64,000 nt of DNA from Eledone cirrhosa (taxonomy: Eukaryota). The DNA is taken from NCBI GenBank assembly GCA_964016885.1, contig OZ024749.1:53320001-53384000 (forward strand), written 5' to 3'. Position 1 is the stretch's first letter. Every line of letters starts with the position of its first letter. Positions 56,124 to 64,000 of the stretch are shown here, piece by piece. The position numbers and the translations under genes are program-made. The notes beneath the pieces are model-generated. The model saw only the letters and a program-made list of their open reading frames with translations. It had not been told where the DNA came from and searched no databases.

Positions 56124-56650
56124 CAATGAATTGTAAAGGTTCTGCTAATGGAACTCCGTTTATCCATCCAGTTTCTGCTAACCTCGGAAGAACGAAGGGC
56201 TAAAAGAGCTTAACTCCTCTTACCAATGAAAGTATTGAACTTTTACACTGTAACCTCATATATTACATCTCCTCTCCAGGTCTGAATACACCAAATTTCT
56301 TCCATAGAAGGATAGAGAGATAGTGAGAGAAAGAAATAAAGAATCGACTCCAGTATTAGACTGGTACTTTTTACATAAACATTTCCTGATCACGCCCATT
56401 GTCTTCCATATTTCCTATATCTTCTCTCAAACCTTTCTTCCGATATTTTAAAACTATTCAATGTTTTCCTTCCTCTCTTCCCCTTGCAACAACTCAACAG
56501 CTTCTCATCAAATTATTTTGATAGATTTTAACACAATTTCGTTCGTGTTGAAATGAAACCTACGGTTAAAATCGCTGAGGACTTAATAATGCTATTTCAG
56601 ACTTAACTCGAACAGCTCGCGGCTATTACATATCAAAATGTATCCTGAGT

Positions 56651-56694
<44 letters not shown>

Positions 56695-56869
56695 CCCCTC
56701 TCTCTCTCTCTTATATATATACACATCTGTATATATGTCTTGTGTGACCAGCTTTATACCAATCAATGATTATATAATAAAGATGTACTAATACAGTATG
56801 TGTGTTCTAACTGCTCACAGAATATGAGAAGAAACTATTTTTTAGATATGTAGATATTTAACCCGTAAC

Positions 56870-57235
56870 TGAGCTGGTGAGAGGATGGAAGGCAAAGTTG
56901 ACCTCGGCCAGATTTGACCTCAGAGAGAGAGCAGAGATCTAGACCAAATACCACAAACCATTCCGACGTTTCTCTCCGAGGTTTCTCTCCGACGTTTCTC
57001 TCCGACGTTTCTCTCCGACGTTTCTCTCCGACGTTCCCCTCCCACGTTTCTCTCCCACGTTTCTCTCCCACCTTCCCCCACCCACATTCCTCTCCCACCT
57101 TCCCCTCCCACGTTTCCCTCCCACGTTCCTCTCCGACGTTTCTTTTCGACGTTTCCCTCCCACGTTTCCCTCCCACGTTCCTCTCCGACGTTTCCCTCCG
57201 ATGTTTCTAACGTCAATTCTACCAATTGGCCGCCA
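56870..57235 (-). mobile_element. SINE with an internal 13-bp minisatellite expansion (56961-57210)
   Basis: SINE central domain, then (ccgacgtttctct)n variants, then the SINE head ttctaccaattggccgcc. Confidence 0.75.
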
Positions 57236-58020
57236 TTTCTATTATAATAGTCCATAGCTACAACATTCGATCATTAGTGACGACATTGTACGTACGGCTT
57301 TCAGAATAATTGCTAAAAGGATATGTTAATATCCCCACCGGTATAACTGGTATATATAACTGGTTTCTTCACTTTTAGACGAGTTTATATCAATGGTGAT
57401 AGCTACGTTTTTCGCTTTCTTTCTTCTATATCATTTTTATTTAGCATTCCTTGTATCAGAACTATTTTTATTCGTACTTATTGTTGATATGAATGTCGAT
57501 AAGGTTATTGATATAACCATCGTAACAGTATTGATATCGATCATCCTTCTGTTAATATCTGATAATGTTTTATTGTTTTTATTTCTTTATCTGATATCAT
57601 CTTTGATATCATCACTCATATATTTTTTCTTCATATTAGTTGCCATATTTTAACTCGTATTATTGCTTTATCATTTCACGTTTTTCACGATTGTCTTTCT
57701 TTCTTTCTTCTTCTTCGCTTTCTTCGCCTTCTTTCTTTTCTTTTTCTTTTTCTTTTTCTTCCTTTTCTTTTTCTTCTTTTTCTTCTTCTTTTCTTCTTCT
57801 TTTTCTTCTTCTTCTTATCAATTCTAATGTTTCTCCTTCATTTCACTCTAGATATAATATTTGATATATTTACATAAGTATCTTAATTTATCTAAGAAAT
57901 ATCGATAATTGTCACCTTCAGGGTTAATTACCTCTCTCTCACACACCCTCACTCTCTCACACCCTCACTTTCACACATACCCTCACTCTCTCTCCCTCTC
58001 CCCGAAAATTGCAAACCAAT

Positions 58021-58200
58021 CGAATGGCAGTATCGGTAGAGGCTCGGACATGCTTTCCAGCACAGTTACGTCCCTTTATGATCTGAGTTCAAATCCCGCC
58101 GAGGTTGACTTTGCCTTTCATCCATACGGGGTCGATAAAATAAAGTACCAGTAATGCACTGGGTAATTACTGGCCGTGTGCCTAAAGTAGAAACAATTAT
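58021..58200 (+). mobile_element. dominant SINE, short variant
   Basis: Family motifs present. Confidence 0.88.
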
Positions 58201-58261
58201 TGATATTCGAAAAACTCAGATTACATTTATTGTATTCAGCCATGTAAAGCGAAATTTTCTT

Positions 58262-58333
<72 letters not shown>

Positions 58334-58479
58334 TGTGTGTGTGTGTGTGTTTGAGCATCTGTGTCTGTGTACGTGCATCTCTCTGCCTGCTTTTGCTACG
58401 CATGTTGATCAAATTAACTGGAACACGCGTCGTCGTCACCGACGGAGTGCTCTTGTTTATGTATGTATGTGTGTGCATG

Positions 58480-60642
<2,163 letters not shown>

Positions 60643-60842
60643 NNNNNNNNNNNNNNNNNNNNNNNNNNNNNNNNNNNNNNNNNNNNNNNNNNNNNNNNNN
60701 NNNNNNNNNNNNNNNNNNNNNNNNNNNNNNNNNNNNNNNNNNNNNNNNNNNNNNNNNNNNNNNNNNNNNNNNNNNNNNNNNNNNNNNNNNNNNNNNNNNN
60801 NNNNNNNNNNNNNNNNNNNNNNNNNNNNNNNNNNNNNNNNNN
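60643..60842. other. assembly gap (200 N)
   Basis: Run of N. Confidence 1.
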
Positions 60843-61015
60843 AGTATCGGTAGAGTGTCGGACATGCTTTCCAGCATAGTTACGTCCCTTTACGATCTGA
60901 GTTCAAATCCCGCCGAGGTTAACTTTGCCTTTCATCCTTACGGGGTCGATAAAATAAAGTACCAGTAATATACTGAAATAATTGCTGGCCTTGTGCCAAA
61001 AGTAGAAACAATTAT
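60843..61015 (+). mobile_element. dominant SINE, short variant (5' end lost in the gap)
   Basis: Family motifs present. Confidence 0.88.
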
Positions 61016-61994
61016 CTTTCCTTCTGTGACTTGACTTCTAGTTTTACACTTCAACACCCTAAATAAATCCATCAAATGACCAGGACCAGCTGATTATCTA
61101 ACTTTCAATAATGAGTATATAAAGTTTTAGTAGTGGTGATGGGGAGAGGTTAATTCTATTTTATCAATGTTAAATGGAGTTTGTTATATTTTAGCTATTT
61201 TATATAAGAAAATATCATTATCAGTAACACTAAATGTGTGTGTATGTGTATATATATGTGTGTGTGTGTTGCCAACAGAAAGACGGGAGGTTTATATAGT
61301 AACCCCCCCGTATTCAACAAGTGATAATAAGGTTAGAATGCCGTAAGAATGAACATGAATTAATTATTCAATGGGGAAATCTTTATCAGTAAGGAAGTAA
61401 ATAGGAAGAATAATTGCGTATGAATGTCTGTGAAGGACACAGATACATACATACATACCAACGCATATACATAAGCAGACAAAAAGTGTGAGAGGGAGGG
61501 AGAGAATGAGAATAATGCAAGGTATATATATATATATGTGTGTGCGTGGGAAGAGAGAGAAAGATATATATATATATATAAAGTTATGAAACGAAAGGAG
61601 CTGTGTGGTTACTAAAAAACAAGGTTTAGGATGGTGGTTAGGACGGAACAGGAGGAGAAAGGAAGAAAGGAGTTGCCATCGTCAGCTGTAAATGTTTCCC
61701 GAACCGATGTTTCGGCGCTGAATTACAGGACATCGGTGTATTTCGGGTGCGCCCGAGGCCTTTTATTAATCAAAAGGCCATGTGGAAAAGGAGAGAGACA
61801 GAGAGAAAAAAGGAGAGAGAAAAGGAAAGAGAGGGAAAGGAGGAAGAACAGGGTAAAAGATGAGGAGAAAGGAAGAAAGGGGGAAGGGAAAAGGGGAAAA
61901 ATAGGAGAGGAATAGGAGAAAAAAAAGTGTACAGGTCCCATCGTGGGAAGACACAGGTGAAAGAAACATGCAAAAAAGTAACCGTGGAGAGTAA

Positions 61995-62037
<43 letters not shown>

Positions 62038-62164
62038 AAGGTTAAACAAGGTTCAATGAATAAAGTTTTACAATAGATTAAAAGCACTCCACAGTAATAG
62101 TTTTCCGGAGTTATTAATATTAATTCAAAATATTAACAAGTATAGACATTCGTGTGATCAAGTT

Positions 62165-62231
62165 TATTTTATTATACATATTTCAGAGGTACTGAGCTAT
62201 CTTCAACAGTACGTCCTCATCAGATAAAATA
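62165..62231 (-). ncRNA. type I hammerhead ribozyme motif (sense to the ankyrin pre-mRNA)
   Basis: Exact mirror of 62351-62417. Confidence 0.7.
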
Positions 62232-62350
62232 AGATGATGCATGACATACCTTGACTAAGTAGATGGTTAAAATTCAGTCATGGCAGTGTGTGTGTGTGCC
62301 ATGACTGAATTTTAACCATCTACTTAGTCAAGGTATGTCATGCATCATCT

Positions 62351-62417
62351 TATTTTATCTGATGAGGACGTACTGTTGAAGATAGCTCAGTACCTCTGAA
62401 ATATGTATAATAAAATA
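62351..62417 (+). ncRNA. type I hammerhead ribozyme motif
   Basis: Stem I UAUUUUAU/AUAAAAUA (8 bp), core CUGAUGA, stem II GGAcGUACUG/CAGUACcUCU, then GAAA, self-complementary stem III AUAUGUAU and cleavage triplet AUA (after 62409). Confidence 0.7.
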
Positions 62418-62458
62418 TACTTGATCACACGAATGTCTATATTTGTTAATATTTTGAA

Positions 62459-62574
<116 letters not shown>

Positions 62575-62756
62575 GGAACCATCTGTTTGTTTTTGTAGTT
62601 TGAAATAAGTTTAGGTTATAGCAAGGAAGTTTATTTACCATTACATGTATACGTAAATGTAATTTAGAATTATTTCGACTCTGTTCTCCAATATTTTGTA
62701 ATACAAAATATGTAAAACAATGAAGTAAAAATGATTTGTAAAAGGTTTCTACTAAC

Positions 62757-63377
62757 CTGAAGGGGAGTTCGTTTTCCCCGTGGTTCAATATATTGGACAT
62801 CGGCACCCATTGAAATTAACAGGTTCACGACATCTTTCCGTATCGATGGAGATCCGATATCTCTGGAAAGGATAACACTCATCAAAGGGGTAAAACCGAA
62901 TTGATTAACCATGTTTACGTGTGCGTTGTAACTAAATAAAACATCCATGAACTCCAGCATGCCGTTCTGAGCAGCGAAATGAAGACACGTATCACCGTAT
63001 TTGTCAGAGTCATTGATCAGTTCTGGATGATAATCCAACATGAGTTTGGCTACTTCAGTCCGTCCGGCTAAAATACAGAACATGAGGGGTGTTTGGCCAA
63101 AATTGTCACGAGCAGATATATTGACATTTCTATCCAGCAAAATATTAACGCATTTTGTTTGGCCCTTTTCACAACAAACATGCAACAATGATTTAGTACT
63201 AATGTTTGCCTCATCGACGAAAAAACAATCGACATCACATCCCATGTCCAGTAATTCTGTTAGGCGATCATTATTCCCCTCATCTACAGCTTTATATAAT
63301 TCCCACTCCATGTTTTCTAAAATTGGCTCGTTACTTCTTTGTTCGTTGTCCAATTCAGCAGCAAATTCTCCTTCCAT
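62757..63377 (-). CDS. ankyrin-repeat protein, first coding exon (partial gene)
   Basis: 207 stop-free codons with about 5.5 ankyrin repeats (SLLHVCCEKG, GQTPLMFC, GDTCLHFAAQNG, GFTPLMSV, KRTPLQ). Ends at a CAG|GTTAGT phase-0 donor mid-repeat. An ASB-like identity is possible but not shown. Confidence 0.9.
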
Positions 63378-63491
63378 CTTTTTTTATTAAAAAAAATAAT
63401 AATAATAACTTTTTTTTACTTGAAGAGAGAATAATAAAGCTAAGAAACCATGAGTAAAAATTTCTGTTTTTATATATAAATATATATAGAT

Positions 63492-63540
<49 letters not shown>

Positions 63541-63545
63541 GTGTG

Positions 63546-63586
<41 letters not shown>

Positions 63587-63891
63587 ATACAAAATACTTT
63601 CTGCTAAACTAGATAAATATCATCACTTCTTCAGCTGCTCGTTCTGCCCAATACTAACTATTGCGTCTACTTTTCTTATGAGACTAACTACTCGGATTCT
63701 TCACATTTGTTGTTCTCTTCGTTGTTCTTGTTGTTGCTGGTAATGTTGATGAGAATAAGAAAAGCGACTATTGCTAGGTGACTGCTGTAAAGATATAAAG
63801 TGTTGTTAAGAGATAAATTTCTTTTTATTTTTTGACTATCATTGTTATTTCTTTTTGTGTGTGTGTATATATATGTATATATGTATATATT

Positions 63892-63957
<66 letters not shown>

Positions 63958-64000
63958 GAATATCAGTGGGGGTATTTTTACTTATATCCTGGAAGAATTT

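Noticed and set aside
57393-57653. membrane-protein-like ORF
   Set aside because: It looks like a decayed trinucleotide, T-rich tract; hydrophobicity follows from base composition.

Overview
Eukaryotic, very AT-rich, microsatellite-saturated genomic DNA. Its SINE repertoire suggests a coleoid cephalopod (octopus-like); this is recognition from memory, not a database result. Only one convincing protein-coding segment is present: a 621-nt minus-strand exon (63377-62757) encoding about 5.5 ankyrin repeats and ending at a phase-0 GT donor, so the rest of the window is probably intron and/or intergenic DNA. Nearly all other ORFs in the track are translations of (TA)n, (CA)n, (GA)n or (CCA)n repeats. 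Mobile DNA includes roughly 25-30 copies or fragments of one tRNA-derived SINE family, other SINE pieces, RTE LINE 3' ends, a decayed R4/Dong-like RT, mariner-type MITEs and many short Penelope-like termini. There is also a 30-nt U2 snRNA 5' fragment and a 200-N assembly gap. The most notable signal is a recurring architecture: short retroelement ends inserted into (TA)n tracts as head-to-head foldbacks, with a long copy plus an inverted short copy ending at an internal AT microhomology. Several carry hammerhead-ribozyme motifs. The best example is a near-perfect palindrome with 169-bp arms (62117-62465) holding an intact type I hammerhead fold on each strand, about 300 bp into the ankyrin gene intron.
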